From NCBI GenBank assembly GCA_041689995.1, contig JBDNFD010000106.1, positions 554 through 64,553 of the forward strand: a stretch of 64,000 bases of DNA, read 5' to 3'. Position 1 is the stretch's first letter. Each line of letters starts with the position of its first letter. Source of the DNA: Flavobacteriaceae bacterium (lineage in GTDB: Bacteria; Bacteroidota; Bacteroidia; Flavobacteriales; Flavobacteriaceae). The position numbers and the translations under genes are program-made. Positions 10,138 to 19,878 of the stretch are shown piece after piece. Under the pieces are notes generated by a model. That model was given only the letters and a program-made list of their open reading frames with translations, was not told the DNA's origin and ran no database searches.

Positions 10138-11745
10138 ATGGTGGAAAATAAAAAAACCACAGAAAAGCCTTCTATGGCCAAATATGGACTAGAAGACACG
10201 AAAACCCGGCACCAACTTTCCCCAAAACAATTACAAGAAATCACCATAAAAAACGGACGAGGCGTCGAAGCTGATTCCGGAGCATTGGCCGTGAATACTG
10301 GTGAATTTACCGGTAGATCGCCAAAAGATCGTTTTTTGGTGAAGGATGAGGTTACAAAAGATGAAGTTTGGTGGAGCGATATTAATTTACCTTTCGATCC
10401 GGATAAATTTGATGCATTGTACGACCGGGTAATGGATTATTTGGATAAAAGGGATGAAGTATTTGTTCGGGATTCCTATGCCTGCGCCGCGAAAGATTAC
10501 CGACTGAATATTCGCGTGATCACCGAATATGCGTGGAGCAATTTATTTGCATACAATATGTTTTTGAGGCCTTCCGACACTGAACTGAAAAATTTTGAGG
10601 AGGATTGGCTTTTGGTCAATGCTCCAGGATTTATGGCTGATCCAGAACGGGACGGAACACGCCAACATAATTTTGCGATTTTGAATTTTGGAAAAAAAAT
10701 TGCCCTGATCGGTGGCACCGAATATACTGGTGAAATTAAAAAGGGGGTTTTTTCAGCTTTGAATTTTATTATGCCGGTTGATAAAAATACCTTGCCAATG
10801 CATTGTTCTGCAAATGTGGGTCCCAAAGGTGATACTGCGATTTTCTTCGGCTTGTCCGGCACAGGAAAGACCACTTTGTCCGCCGATCCTGAACGAAAAT
10901 TAATTGGCGATGATGAACACGGATGGACGGAAGACAACCTCATTTTTAATTTTGAAGGAGGTTGTTATGCGAAAGTCATCAACCTTTCCCATGAACACGA
11001 ACCCGATATTTTCAATGCGATAAAACACGGGGCGGTCTTGGAAAATGTGATCTTGGATGATAATGGAAAAGCTGATTTTGAAGATACTTCCATTACGCAA
11101 AACACAAGGGTGAGCTACCCGATTTATCATATCGAAAATATTCAGCAACCTTCTGTAGGGGAAAACCCAAAAAATATTTTTTTCCTAACGGCTGATGCTT
11201 TTGGCGTTCTGCCTCCTGTCAGTAAACTGGATCCAGGCCAAGCGGCTTATCATTTTATAAGCGGATATACGGCAAAAGTGGCGGGCACCGAAGAAGGAGT
11301 GAATGAACCACAACCAAATTTTTCAGCTTGTTTTGGAGCTCCTTTCATGCCGTTACATCCAACGCGCTATGCAGAAATGCTGAGCCGCAAAATTAAGGAA
11401 TCCGGAGTGAAGGTTTGGCTTGTAAATACTGGTTGGACCGGCGGACCTTACGGGGTTGGAAGCCGAATGAAGTTGAAATATACCCGCGCCATGGTAAAAG
11501 CAATTTTGCAAGGCGAATTGGAAAATGTTGATTACCGAAAACATCCAATTTTTGGTTTGAACATGCCCACTGAAGTTCCAAATGTTCCAAGTGAAGTATT
11601 GGATCCGAAAGGAACTTGGAATGACAAAGAAGCCTACGATCAAAAAGCGCACGAGTTGGTCGGTTCTTTTAAAAAGAATTTTGAGAAATTCAAGGAATAT
11701 GCCAATGAAGAAATTTTGGCTGGAGCGGTTTCCGCGAATCACTGA
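10138..11745 (+). CDS. pckA: phosphoenolpyruvate carboxykinase (ATP)
   Basis: 535 aa. GLSGTGKTTLS kinase-1a motif and overall ATP-PEPCK layout. Confidence 0.95.
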   Translation: MVENKKTTEKPSMAKYGLEDTKTRHQLSPKQLQEITIKNGRGVEADSGALAVNTGEFTGRSPKDRFLVKDEVTKDEVWWSDINLPFDPDKFDALYDRVMDYLDKRDEVFVRDSYACAAKDYRLNIRVITEYAWSNLFAYNMFLRPSDTELKNFEEDWLLVNAPGFMADPERDGTRQHNFAILNFGKKIALIGGTEYTGEIKKGVFSALNFIMPVDKNTLPMHCSANVGPKGDTAIFFGLSGTGKTTLSADPERKLIGDDEHGWTEDNLIFNFEGGCYAKVINLSHEHEPDIFNAIKHGAVLENVILDDNGKADFEDTSITQNTRVSYPIYHIENIQQPSVGENPKNIFFLTADAFGVLPPVSKLDPGQAAYHFISGYTAKVAGTEEGVNEPQPNFSACFGAPFMPLHPTRYAEMLSRKIKESGVKVWLVNTGWTGGPYGVGSRMKLKYTRAMVKAILQGELENVDYRKHPIFGLNMPTEVPNVPSEVLDPKGTWNDKEAYDQKAHELVGSFKKNFEKFKEYANEEILAGAVSANH

Positions 11746-11790
11746 TCAGTTTGTAATAGAATCTACTTACGGCTCGGAATTGTATTGAAT

Positions 11791-11824
11791 AAAAAGCATG
11801 GTTCATTTGAATCATGCTTTTTTC
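11791..11824 (+). terminator. intrinsic terminator after pckA
   Basis: AAAAGCATG/CATGCTTTT stem followed by a T-run. Confidence 0.65.
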
Positions 11825-11861
11825 GTTGAAAGGGATTTTATTTCTAAGAGAGAATTATTCA

Positions 11862-11906
11862 CCAAAAAAAACCGTCCACAACAAATTTTCGTTATGGACG
11901 GTTTCT
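11862..11906 (-). terminator. intrinsic terminator after the hemD-like gene
   Basis: AAACCGTCCA/TGGACGGTTT 10-bp stem, followed by a T-run on the minus strand. Confidence 0.65.
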
Positions 11907-11924
11907 ACGAGAATTTTATAAAAA

Positions 11925-12686
11925 CTACTTTTTTGAAGTTACTTTTTTGTTCGCATCCCGAATATATTTATCCAATGCCATCGTCATAGACGGCGTTTCG
12001 GGTGTAGGCGCTTTGATGTTGATTGTCAAGCCTTTCTCTTTTGCAGCCTTGATGGTCGAATTTCCAAATACCGCGATTCGCGTGTTTTTTTGTTCGAAAT
12101 CAGGGAAATTTTCAAAAAGTGATTTAATGCCGGTCGGACTGAAAAAAACCACAATGTCGTAAAAAACTTCTTTCAAATTCGACAAGTCGCTCACCATGGT
12201 TTTGTACAAAGTAACTTCTTTCCAATTAACTTCCAATTTGTTCAATTGTTTGGGGATATCCGGTTTTAACATATCCGAAGAAGGGAGCAGGAATTTTTCA
12301 TTTTTATACTTTTTGATCACCGGCACAAGTTCCCCAAAAGTTCGTTTGCCAACATAGATTTTCCGCTTCCTATAAATCACATATTTTTGTAAATAATAAG
12401 CCACCGCCTCGCTTTGGCAGAAATATTTCAAGGTGTCTGGCACTTTATACCGCATTTCCTCGGCCACGCGAAAAAAGTGATCCACCGCATTTCTGCTGGT
12501 TAGGATAATGGCCGAAAACTGTTTTAAATCTACTTTTTGTTGCCGCACATCTTTGGAAGAAACCCCAACGACATGAATAAAAGGTATAAAGTCGATCTTG
12601 ACTTTTTGCCTTTCTACAAGTTCTGAATAAGGGGAGTTTTCCAACGGCGGCTCGGGTTGGGAAATAAGTATAGTTTTCACTTTCAT
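11925..12686 (-). CDS. hemD: uroporphyrinogen-III synthase-like protein
   Basis: About 253 aa. ILISQPEP start and two-lobed HEM4-like layout. Paired with a DUF4271 gene, as in other Flavobacteriia. The ORF extends to 12704. Confidence 0.65.
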   Translation of the reverse strand: MKVKTILISQPEPPLENSPYSELVERQKVKIDFIPFIHVVGVSSKDVRQQKVDLKQFSAIILTSRNAVDHFFRVAEEMRYKVPDTLKYFCQSEAVAYYLQKYVIYRKRKIYVGKRTFGELVPVIKKYKNEKFLLPSSDMLKPDIPKQLNKLEVNWKEVTLYKTMVSDLSNLKEVFYDIVVFFSPTGIKSLFENFPDFEQKNTRIAVFGNSTIKAAKEKGLTINIKAPTPETPSMTMALDKYIRDANKKVTSKK

Positions 12687-12709
12687 AGACACTTTTTTAT
12701 GCAAACCCC

Positions 12710-13360
12710 TTAAAATCCTATTGCTTTATACAAGAGAAAATAGGGGGCTATTTCCAAAGCGCAAAGGTACACAATAAAATAGAACCATTGGGGCAAGATG
12801 TGTTTTTGATTCTTCCTGTAAAAGTTTCCCAACATCAATAAGTTGAAGCCAACAACGGCGTAGATCAGCAATATAATTCCCGTGCGGGAAGTCGGACCGT
12901 AAATAAAAAAGATGGTCGGAACAAGCAAGAAAAGCGATAAAAGATTCCGAAAAGTGATTTTGTGCCAGAGATATCGGTTCAGGATTTTGTCCATCAGAAA
13001 GATGTCCCCAATTATTTTTTCCAGAAAATATTTGATGCAGAAGAACATGGAATAACCAAGTGCGATTTGGCAGAATAGAATTTTTGGACTGGCAAATTCT
13101 TCCGCGGAAAAATATTCCCAAACAAGAAAAATCAATATAGAAACAGATAGGATATTTACGATAAAAAGGAAAAGTGAGAAATAATCCAATTGTTTCGTTC
13201 CTCGTCGGTAATCAAAATATCGATTTGAAATCAGCAACTTCGTGAAGTCATCAAACCGCTGTGGAAAAATAAGTTTGGCGACCACAATAAATGCGAAAAT
13301 GATGACGAATGTCAACGTTATCCAGTCTCGGGGAATTATATGTCTATCTACCGCGATCAT
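12710..13360 (-). CDS. DUF4271 membrane protein
   Basis: 216 aa polytopic membrane protein, conserved neighbour of hemD-like genes. Confidence 0.6.
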   Translation of the reverse strand: MIAVDRHIIPRDWITLTFVIIFAFIVVAKLIFPQRFDDFTKLLISNRYFDYRRGTKQLDYFSLFLFIVNILSVSILIFLVWEYFSAEEFASPKILFCQIALGYSMFFCIKYFLEKIIGDIFLMDKILNRYLWHKITFRNLLSLFLLVPTIFFIYGPTSRTGIILLIYAVVGFNLLMLGNFYRKNQKHILPQWFYFIVYLCALEIAPYFLLYKAIGF

Positions 13361-13515
13361 TTTTTTCGAAATATACTAAAAATCCAATAAATTTTCATAG
13401 CTAATGGTTCGAAAAATCAATGCAATTTATTGAAAAATGAGCATGGAATTTAAAAAATGTTGAGCGTGCAGATGTCTTTTACTATTTTCGATTTGATTAC
13501 ATTTGCGTAAAAATT

Positions 13516-14247
13516 TTGATGCCGAAGGTTCTCATCATTATTCCTACTTTTAACGAGGTTGAAAATATCGAACGGATCGTGAAAAGCATCTTTGCCCAAC
13601 GCAGGAATTTTCATGTGTTGGTCGTTGATGATAATTCCCCGGATGGAACTGCCAAGGTGGTGTCCGAACTCCAAAAAAAACATCCTGATTTACTTTTTTT
13701 GGAAAATCGCGAAAAAAAAGAAGGAATTGGAAGAGCCTACATTCACGGATTTAAATGGGCACTCGATAAAGATTATACCTACATTTTTGAAATGGATGCC
13801 GACTTTTCTCATAATCCGAATGATTTGATCCGGTTGTACAATGCATGTGCTAAAAATGGCGCGGATATTGCCGTAGGTTCTCGTTATATAAAAGGCGTGA
13901 ATGTGGTGAACTGGCCAATGAAAAGGGTTCTGTTATCTTGGCTGGCGTCAAAATATGTGGAATTTATTACTCGAATGAACGTTCAGGACACAACAGCTGG
14001 ATTTGTTTGCTATCATCGTAAAGTATTGGAAGCCATTAATTTGAATGATATTCAATTTGTGGGTTATGCGTTTCAAATTGAAATGAAATTTAAAGCACAT
14101 CTTCTGGGTTTCGGAATTGCTGAAGTCCCCGTTATCTTTACCGATCGCACGAGGGGACAATCGAAAATGAGCAGCCGAATCATTTCCGAAGCAGTTTTTG
14201 GGGTCATAAAAATGAAATTTAAAAGTTTATTTGCGAGAGAAATATGA
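13516..14247 (+). CDS. GT2 polyprenol-phosphate mannosyltransferase (Dpm1-like)
   Basis: IIIPTFNE...VVDDNSPDGT...EMDADFSH motifs of the Dpm1/GtrB family. A TACATTTG -7 box lies at 13497-13504. Confidence 0.85.
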   Translation: MMPKVLIIIPTFNEVENIERIVKSIFAQRRNFHVLVVDDNSPDGTAKVVSELQKKHPDLLFLENREKKEGIGRAYIHGFKWALDKDYTYIFEMDADFSHNPNDLIRLYNACAKNGADIAVGSRYIKGVNVVNWPMKRVLLSWLASKYVEFITRMNVQDTTAGFVCYHRKVLEAINLNDIQFVGYAFQIEMKFKAHLLGFGIAEVPVIFTDRTRGQSKMSSRIISEAVFGVIKMKFKSLFAREI

Positions 14248-15584
14248 AAAAAGTACTGATCAAAAATGCAAAGATCGTCAATGAACATAAAATTATTGAA
14301 GGTGATGTCTATGTAGAAAATGGGATTATTGTTGAAATATCGGCGAGCATCAGTGTGAAATCGCAAGATGTGCAACTCTTTGATGCGGAAGGAACTTATC
14401 TTTTGCCCGGAGCTATCGACGATCAAGTTCATTTTCGTGAACCGGGACTTACCCATAAAGAAACGATTGCGTCCGGATCGCGGGCTGCGGTTGCTGGCGG
14501 CGTTACTTCCTTTTTTGAAATGCCAAATACCGTTCCTCAAACGACCACGCGTGAAAAGTTGGAGGAGAAATTTGCAATTGCCAAAGCAACTTCTATGGCG
14601 AACTATTCTTTTATGTTCGGTGGGACAAATGATAATTTGGAGGAAATAAAAAAGATCGATCCGAAAAATACGGCGGCATTGAAACTCTTTTTGGGTTCTT
14701 CCACAGGAAATATGTTGGTGGATGACCAACAGGTTTTGGAAAAAATTTTTAAAGCCTCCCCGGTAATTATCGCTGCACATTGCGAAGATGAAGGCACCAT
14801 TCGACGGAATTTGGAGATTTATAAAGAAAAATACGGCGACAATATTCCCATGGAGAAACACCCGGAAATCCGGAGCGCGGAAGCCTGCTTTTTGTCTTCT
14901 TCCAAAGCGGTTGCATTAGCGAAAAAAACCGGCGCACGCTTACATGTTTTCCATGTTTCCACGGCTAGGGAACTAGAGCTTTTTACCAATAAAATTCCTT
15001 TAAAAGACAAGAAAATCACGTCTGAAGTTTGTGTGCACCATCTTTGGTTCAACGACACTGATTATGCCAGTAAAGGAACTTTTATAAAATGGAACCCGGC
15101 GGTGAAATCCGAAGCTGACCAAAAAGCACTTTTTCAAGGACTTTTGGATGATAAACTGGATGTAATAGCCACCGATCACGCACCGCACACGAAAGAGGAA
15201 AAAATGAATGTTTATACCCAAGCGCCAAGTGGTGGTCCTTTGTTGCAGCATGCTTTGCCCGCAATGCTGGAATTTTATCACCGTGGAATGATTTCCCTTG
15301 AAAAGATAGTGGAAAAAATGTGTCATAATCCCGCGATCTTATTTCAAATTGAAAAAAGGGGATTTATTCGGGAAGGTTACAAAGCCGATTTGGTTTTGGT
15401 AGATATTAACGCGCCTTGGAGCGTTCAACCCGGTAATATTTTGTACAAATGTGGTTGGTCACCATTTGAAAAAACAACTTTTAGATCACGGATCACCCAT
15501 ACTTTTGTCAATGGTTCGCTGGCATACAAAAATTTTAAAGTGCAGGATGTGAAAAATGCGGAACGTCTAACCTTTGATCGATAA
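14244..15584 (+). CDS. pyrC: dihydroorotase
   Basis: 446 aa amidohydrolase with DDQVHFREPG and TDHAPH metal-binding motifs. Start overlaps the upstream stop by 4 nt. Confidence 0.85.
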   Translation: MKKVLIKNAKIVNEHKIIEGDVYVENGIIVEISASISVKSQDVQLFDAEGTYLLPGAIDDQVHFREPGLTHKETIASGSRAAVAGGVTSFFEMPNTVPQTTTREKLEEKFAIAKATSMANYSFMFGGTNDNLEEIKKIDPKNTAALKLFLGSSTGNMLVDDQQVLEKIFKASPVIIAAHCEDEGTIRRNLEIYKEKYGDNIPMEKHPEIRSAEACFLSSSKAVALAKKTGARLHVFHVSTARELELFTNKIPLKDKKITSEVCVHHLWFNDTDYASKGTFIKWNPAVKSEADQKALFQGLLDDKLDVIATDHAPHTKEEKMNVYTQAPSGGPLLQHALPAMLEFYHRGMISLEKIVEKMCHNPAILFQIEKRGFIREGYKADLVLVDINAPWSVQPGNILYKCGWSPFEKTTFRSRITHTFVNGSLAYKNFKVQDVKNAERLTFDR

Positions 15585-15618
15585 TTCTAATTTGGCAAAG
15601 AATATCAAAAACGGAAAA

Positions 15619-16086
15619 ATGAAAGTGATTTTTAACTATTTACTGTTGCTCATTTTGGTTGCTTCCTGCCAAAATATAGAGAAAACACCGAAGCCTGAAA
15701 ATTTTATCCCAGAGCCTGAAATGATCGATATCTTGGAAGATCTGGCCAAAATTGATGCGGCCGCAAATTTGAACCAAAAAACCTTCGATGAAAAGGGGTT
15801 CAATGCAACGAATTATATTTTCGATAAATACAAAATTGACAGTGCCCAGTTCGCTCAGAACAATGCATATTATATGGAAAATCTTGAAGTCAGCAAGCGA
15901 ATGTATGAGGAAGTCCGACGAAGATTGGAGGCACAAAAGAAAATACTCGATTCTTTACTAATAGTTCAAGACAGCATTCGGGGATTGGAAAAGATTCGAA
16001 AAGATTCTGCACGAACCGAGGAACGAAAACCCACAGGAAGAGTTCAGAAATTCTTTTCCATGAAACCGAAAGACAGTTTAAATTAA
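15619..16086 (+). CDS. DUF4296 lipoprotein
   Basis: Lipobox LVASC, then PEPEMIDILEDLAKIDAA as in the DUF4296 family. The ORF opens at 15574. Confidence 0.55.
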   Translation: MKVIFNYLLLLILVASCQNIEKTPKPENFIPEPEMIDILEDLAKIDAAANLNQKTFDEKGFNATNYIFDKYKIDSAQFAQNNAYYMENLEVSKRMYEEVRRRLEAQKKILDSLLIVQDSIRGLEKIRKDSARTEERKPTGRVQKFFSMKPKDSLN

Positions 16087-17099
16087 TTATTTTTTTCTTT
16101 AAGAAAAATGGCACCGGTATGTTCCACGGAATCTTTGATCGGACTGAATTCAAGAGATAGTGCGTTTTTAATTTTTGAGGAATCATAAATAGTAACCTCG
16201 AATAAACTCTTGTTGGAAGATTTCGGAATCTGTCTTTTAATCCCAAAGAGTTTGTTCCCGATCCATTGCAGTGTCCAACCCAACGATAGCATCCAAGGTT
16301 TTAAAGATCTGGTAGGAATCGGTTTTTTTAGAACATTGGCAATAGTATTCAGAAGAGTTTTGAAATCGAGATTTTCAGCCGATAGAAGGAATCGTTCGTT
16401 TTTAATTGGGCTATTCATGAGTTGTACCATAATTGCTGCAACATCCTCCACGGCCACAAACCCGGTTGTTTTTGGAAAATGATAAGAAAAACCTTCCCAA
16501 ATTTTTTGGAATAATAATCCACTACCGGAGTTCCAGGTTCCTGGACCAATTATAATTCCCGGATTGACGATTACCACATCCAGACCTTCTTGTGAGCCTC
16601 GCCAAACTTCTATCTCTGCCGCATATTTTGTGATGGAATACCAAGAATGGTTTTTGCCCAGATCAAAATTACTTTCTTCGGTAACGGGTTTTCCGGGAAA
16701 TTGATTTTCCAAAGTGGCCACAGAACTGACGTGACATAATTTATGAATGTTGAAAGAAAGGCAGAGATTAACAATGTTGGCAGTTCCTTCGATATTTATT
16801 TTTCGAAGTATTTCTTTATCCGAGGGGTCGAAAGAAATAAATCCGGCGCAGTGATAAACATTCGTAATTCCCTGAAAAGCATCTGATAATGCGGGAATAT
16901 CGGTGATATCTGCTTGCGCCCATTCTATTCTAGAAAAATACGAATCGGTTTCTTCAGCATAATAATAGGAAAAGATTTTTTTGGAAACAGCCAGTTTTTC
17001 CTTCGAACGAAACGTAGCCCGGATTTTTTCTTCCGTTGCCACAAGTTTTGCTAAAAGGTGAGCGCCCACCAATCCTGTTCCGCCGGTCACTAATATCAT
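16083..17099 (-). CDS. NAD-dependent epimerase/dehydratase family protein
   Basis: ILVTGGTGLVGAHL Rossmann motif and YSITK (YxxxK). The ORF extends to 17114. Confidence 0.8.
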   Translation of the reverse strand: MILVTGGTGLVGAHLLAKLVATEEKIRATFRSKEKLAVSKKIFSYYYAEETDSYFSRIEWAQADITDIPALSDAFQGITNVYHCAGFISFDPSDKEILRKINIEGTANIVNLCLSFNIHKLCHVSSVATLENQFPGKPVTEESNFDLGKNHSWYSITKYAAEIEVWRGSQEGLDVVIVNPGIIIGPGTWNSGSGLLFQKIWEGFSYHFPKTTGFVAVEDVAAIMVQLMNSPIKNERFLLSAENLDFKTLLNTIANVLKKPIPTRSLKPWMLSLGWTLQWIGNKLFGIKRQIPKSSNKSLFEVTIYDSSKIKNALSLEFSPIKDSVEHTGAIFLKEKNN

Positions 17100-17144
17100 T
17101 CTGTAAATATACACAAAAGCCCTCGTGATTTTTTACGGTTTTAA

Positions 17145-17152
17145 TACCTTTG
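17145..17152 (+). promoter_or_regulatory. -7 box TACCTTTG upstream of tyrS
   Basis: Matches TAnnTTTG, about 20 nt upstream of the ATG. Confidence 0.45.
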
Positions 17153-17171
17153 CGGGAAAATTAAACAAAGG

Positions 17172-18470
17172 ATGACCTTAAAGAATTTTGTCGAAGAAGT
17201 TAGATGGCGCGGCATGTTGCACGATGTAATGCCTGGCACCGGAGAACATTTATTGGAAGAAAGGCGCAGTGCTTATGTAGGCATAGATCCCACAGCAGAT
17301 TCGCTGCACATTGGACATTTAGTCGGGGTGGTCATGCTTCGACATTTTCAACTTTGCGGACATAACCCCATCGTTTTATTGGGAGGCGCAACCGGAATGA
17401 TTGGCGATCCTTCCGGGAAATCGAAGGAGCGAAACTTACTGGATGAAATCACGCTTCGTTTGAATCAGGAAGCTATTAAAGCGCAGCTTTCCAAATTTTT
17501 GGATTTCGATGCGAAAGAAGAAAATACTGCAATTTTGGTCAATAATTATGACTGGATGAAAGATTTTTCATTTTTGGATTTTATTCGTGATGTCGGAAAA
17601 CACATTACCGTCAATTATATGATGGCTAAAGATTCTGTAAAAAAACGCTTGTCACCCGATGCTGGAGAAGGGATGAGCTTTACGGAGTTCACTTATCAAC
17701 TGGTGCAAGGATACGATTTCTTGGAACTTTACAAAAACCACAATTGCACGCTGCAAATGGGTGGAAGCGATCAATGGGGAAATATCACAACAGGAACGGA
17801 GCTAATTCGTAGAATTGGCAATGGGAAAGGTTTTGCGCTCACTTGGCCATTGATCACAAAAGCCGATGGAACGAAATTCGGAAAAACCGAAGGTGGAAAT
17901 ATTTGGTTGGATCCCAAGCGAACTTCACCTTATAAATTTTACCAATATTGGTTGAACACCAGCGATAAAGATGCAGAAAAATATATCAGGATATTCACTT
18001 TCCTATCAAAAGTGGAAATTGAAGATTTGATCAAAATCCATCAAGAGGCACCACATTTAAGAACCCTGCAAAAGAAACTTGCCGAAGAAATTACCGCGAT
18101 GGTTCATTCATCAGAAGAATTGGACAACGCGAAAAGGGCCACGGAAGTTTTATTTGGAAATAGTACGGTCGAAAATCTGCAGGAATTGGGGGAAGCTACT
18201 TTTTTGGATGTGTTCGAAGGAGTTCCGCAAGCGGAAATTTCAAAAGAAAAAATAGAAAATGGCTTAGACATGATCGGAGCTCTTTCAGCTGAAACAAACT
18301 TTTTGAATTCCAATGGGGAAGCAAGGCGCGCTTTGAAAGAAAATTCGGTTTCGGTGAACAAACAGAAAATTTCGGGGGATTATAAAATCACGGAAAAAGA
18401 TTTGATCGCCGGGAAATATGTGTTGCTCAACAAGGGAAAACGGAACACTTATCTTTTGAAAATTATATAA
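17172..18470 (+). CDS. tyrS: tyrosine--tRNA ligase
   Basis: 432 aa. LHIGHLV (HIGH) and KFGKT (KMSKS-equivalent) motifs, with a C-terminal S4-like domain. Confidence 0.95.
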   Translation: MTLKNFVEEVRWRGMLHDVMPGTGEHLLEERRSAYVGIDPTADSLHIGHLVGVVMLRHFQLCGHNPIVLLGGATGMIGDPSGKSKERNLLDEITLRLNQEAIKAQLSKFLDFDAKEENTAILVNNYDWMKDFSFLDFIRDVGKHITVNYMMAKDSVKKRLSPDAGEGMSFTEFTYQLVQGYDFLELYKNHNCTLQMGGSDQWGNITTGTELIRRIGNGKGFALTWPLITKADGTKFGKTEGGNIWLDPKRTSPYKFYQYWLNTSDKDAEKYIRIFTFLSKVEIEDLIKIHQEAPHLRTLQKKLAEEITAMVHSSEELDNAKRATEVLFGNSTVENLQELGEATFLDVFEGVPQAEISKEKIENGLDMIGALSAETNFLNSNGEARRALKENSVSVNKQKISGDYKITEKDLIAGKYVLLNKGKRNTYLLKII

Positions 18471-18495
18471 AACCGATTGGTTTTTCCACAAAAAT

Positions 18496-18525
18496 AAAAA
18501 CCCGGGCCACTACACCCGGGTTCTT
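18496..18525. terminator. bidirectional intrinsic terminator
   Basis: CCCGGG (18501-18506) pairs with CCCGGG (18515-18520), with flanking A/T extensions. The T5AT5 tract lies on the minus strand. Confidence 0.7.
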
Positions 18526-18614
18526 ACTAACTAACCAATCTATTATGAAAAAAATTCTACTACTTATAAGAACGATAGAAAAGGAAAAAGTTGCATCCGA
18601 TTTCAAACTTTAAC
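18496..18614 (-). ncRNA. candidate sRNA module 1 (unvalidated)
   Basis: Read on the minus strand: GTTAAAGTTTG box (18604-18614), then 50 nt, then a 26-nt core shared with module 2 (18528-18553), then the strong terminator. Confidence 0.3.
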
Positions 18615-18686
18615 ATTTTAAAAAGACAATTATTTTTTTGAGTTCTATTAATTTTGAACCCGAAACCTTTGCCGCAAAATCACGAA

Positions 18687-18809
18687 AGCCCCAAATAATT
18701 AAATTTGAGGCTTCCGATTAACTAACCAATCTATTATGAAAAAATTCATCCTAGCTATTTATAAGACGTATAAATAAGCAAAAAATTACATTGCTTAACA
18801 AACTTTAAC
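18687..18809 (-). ncRNA. candidate sRNA module 2 (unvalidated; could be the 3'UTR of the upstream gene)
   Basis: Read on the minus strand: GTTAAAGTTTG box (18799-18809), then 54 nt, then the identical 26-nt core (18719-18744), then the hairpin 18687-18712. Confidence 0.3.
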
Positions 18810-18817
18810 TTTTATGG

Positions 18818-19795
18818 TTACAAAACCAGCAAGTTGCATCCGCGTAAATCGCTGTTATCGAAGCGTCCTAGGATTTCAAACTTATTTTTGCTGATTTTTT
18901 TTCCCAAATCTTGCGTCGCAATAAAGGAACAGGAATAGAGGTTCGCAAAATCAATACAATTAATTCCACCTGTTTTTCCCGGTTCCAAAGTTTGAAATGC
19001 GTCTTCCGCATCGCGGATCAAAAATTTCATGTGTGAAGGATGTTCAAAAATTCCATTTCCAGTGGAATAAGCTTGCGACAATAATTCCGTCATTCCATAT
19101 TCACTGTGAATATTTTCGACCCCAAAACCGGCAGCCAAAATCTGATGCAGTTCTTCCCGGATCATTTCTTTTCGTCTTCCTTTCATTCCCCCGGTTTCCA
19201 TTATAATGGTATTTTTCAGACTGAACCGGTACTTTTCGACTAAATCCAACAACGCGAAAGAAACCCCGATAAGAATTACTTTTTTCCCATTGGAATCTAA
19301 TTTTTTTAATGTTTGTGCCAGTTTGGAAAGATCGTTTAAATAGAATCCGCTTTCTGAAAATTTACTTTTTTCGATAAAATGTTTCACCATATAAATAAGG
19401 GACGAACCATCGCGTTCCAAATAGGAAGGAAGCAGTGCCAAAATCACATATTCTTCCACCGGTCCATAAAATTTTTCGAAATTGAGGGTGAAACTTTTTT
19501 CATATAAAGAAAGATCGGTAACAAAATGTTTACTCGTTTCCGTTCCCGTGGTTCCGCTGCTGGTAAAGATTTTTTCGGGTTTTTTGGTGCTCGAAATAAC
19601 GCGGTGCGATTTGAAAAACTGGATCGGTAAAAATGGAATTTCTTCGAGTTGACCTACCTTTTTCTTTTCTACATTCAATAGTTGGCAATATTTTCGATAT
19701 ACGGAACTGTTTTCAAACTGAAATTGAAACACCTCCAAAGCAGTTTGTTCAAATTCGATTTCTGAGGAAATCCCGAAAATTCTTTCTTGCAACAT
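18818..19795 (-). CDS. LuxE-like acyl-protein synthetase / acyl transferase family protein
   Basis: 325 aa. The N-terminal region (ALEVFQFQFENSSVYRKYCQLL...EIPFLPIQFFKSHRV) is typical of the LuxE-family proteins common in Flavobacteriia. Confidence 0.6.
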   Translation of the reverse strand: MLQERIFGISSEIEFEQTALEVFQFQFENSSVYRKYCQLLNVEKKKVGQLEEIPFLPIQFFKSHRVISSTKKPEKIFTSSGTTGTETSKHFVTDLSLYEKSFTLNFEKFYGPVEEYVILALLPSYLERDGSSLIYMVKHFIEKSKFSESGFYLNDLSKLAQTLKKLDSNGKKVILIGVSFALLDLVEKYRFSLKNTIIMETGGMKGRRKEMIREELHQILAAGFGVENIHSEYGMTELLSQAYSTGNGIFEHPSHMKFLIRDAEDAFQTLEPGKTGGINCIDFANLYSCSFIATQDLGKKISKNKFEILGRFDNSDLRGCNLLVL

Positions 19796-19825
19796 ATTCT
19801 TTCAAAAATATGCACAAAGATATCC

Positions 19826-19858
19826 AAAAAAAAAGCGCCTCTTTTCAGAAGCGCCTTG
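19826..19858 (-). terminator. intrinsic terminator after the LTD/T9SS gene
   Basis: Minus strand: GCGCTTCT-GAAA-AGAGGCGC hairpin followed by T9. Confidence 0.65.
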
Positions 19859-19878
19859 GTTTCGAGATTAAATTAAAT

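Noticed and set aside
14073-14861. 262-aa ORF antisense to the GT2 and pyrC genes. Similar long shadow ORFs occur at 4059-4670, 37948-38619, 50567-50971, 51151-51612, 21012-21374 and 28143-28571.
   Set aside because: Each lies entirely antisense to a gene with clear family motifs. They have skewed, low-complexity composition (Phe/Ile/Arg/His-rich) and lack start context. These are typical shadow ORFs.
18545-18777. Small MKK... ORFs on the plus strand of the two repeat modules (22 aa at 18545-18613 and 13 aa at 18736-18777) as conserved micro-proteins
   Set aside because: Only the first three codons are shared. The lengths and sequences then diverge completely, whereas the nucleotide core upstream of and including the ATG is identical. 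That argues for selection at the nucleic-acid level, not on a peptide.
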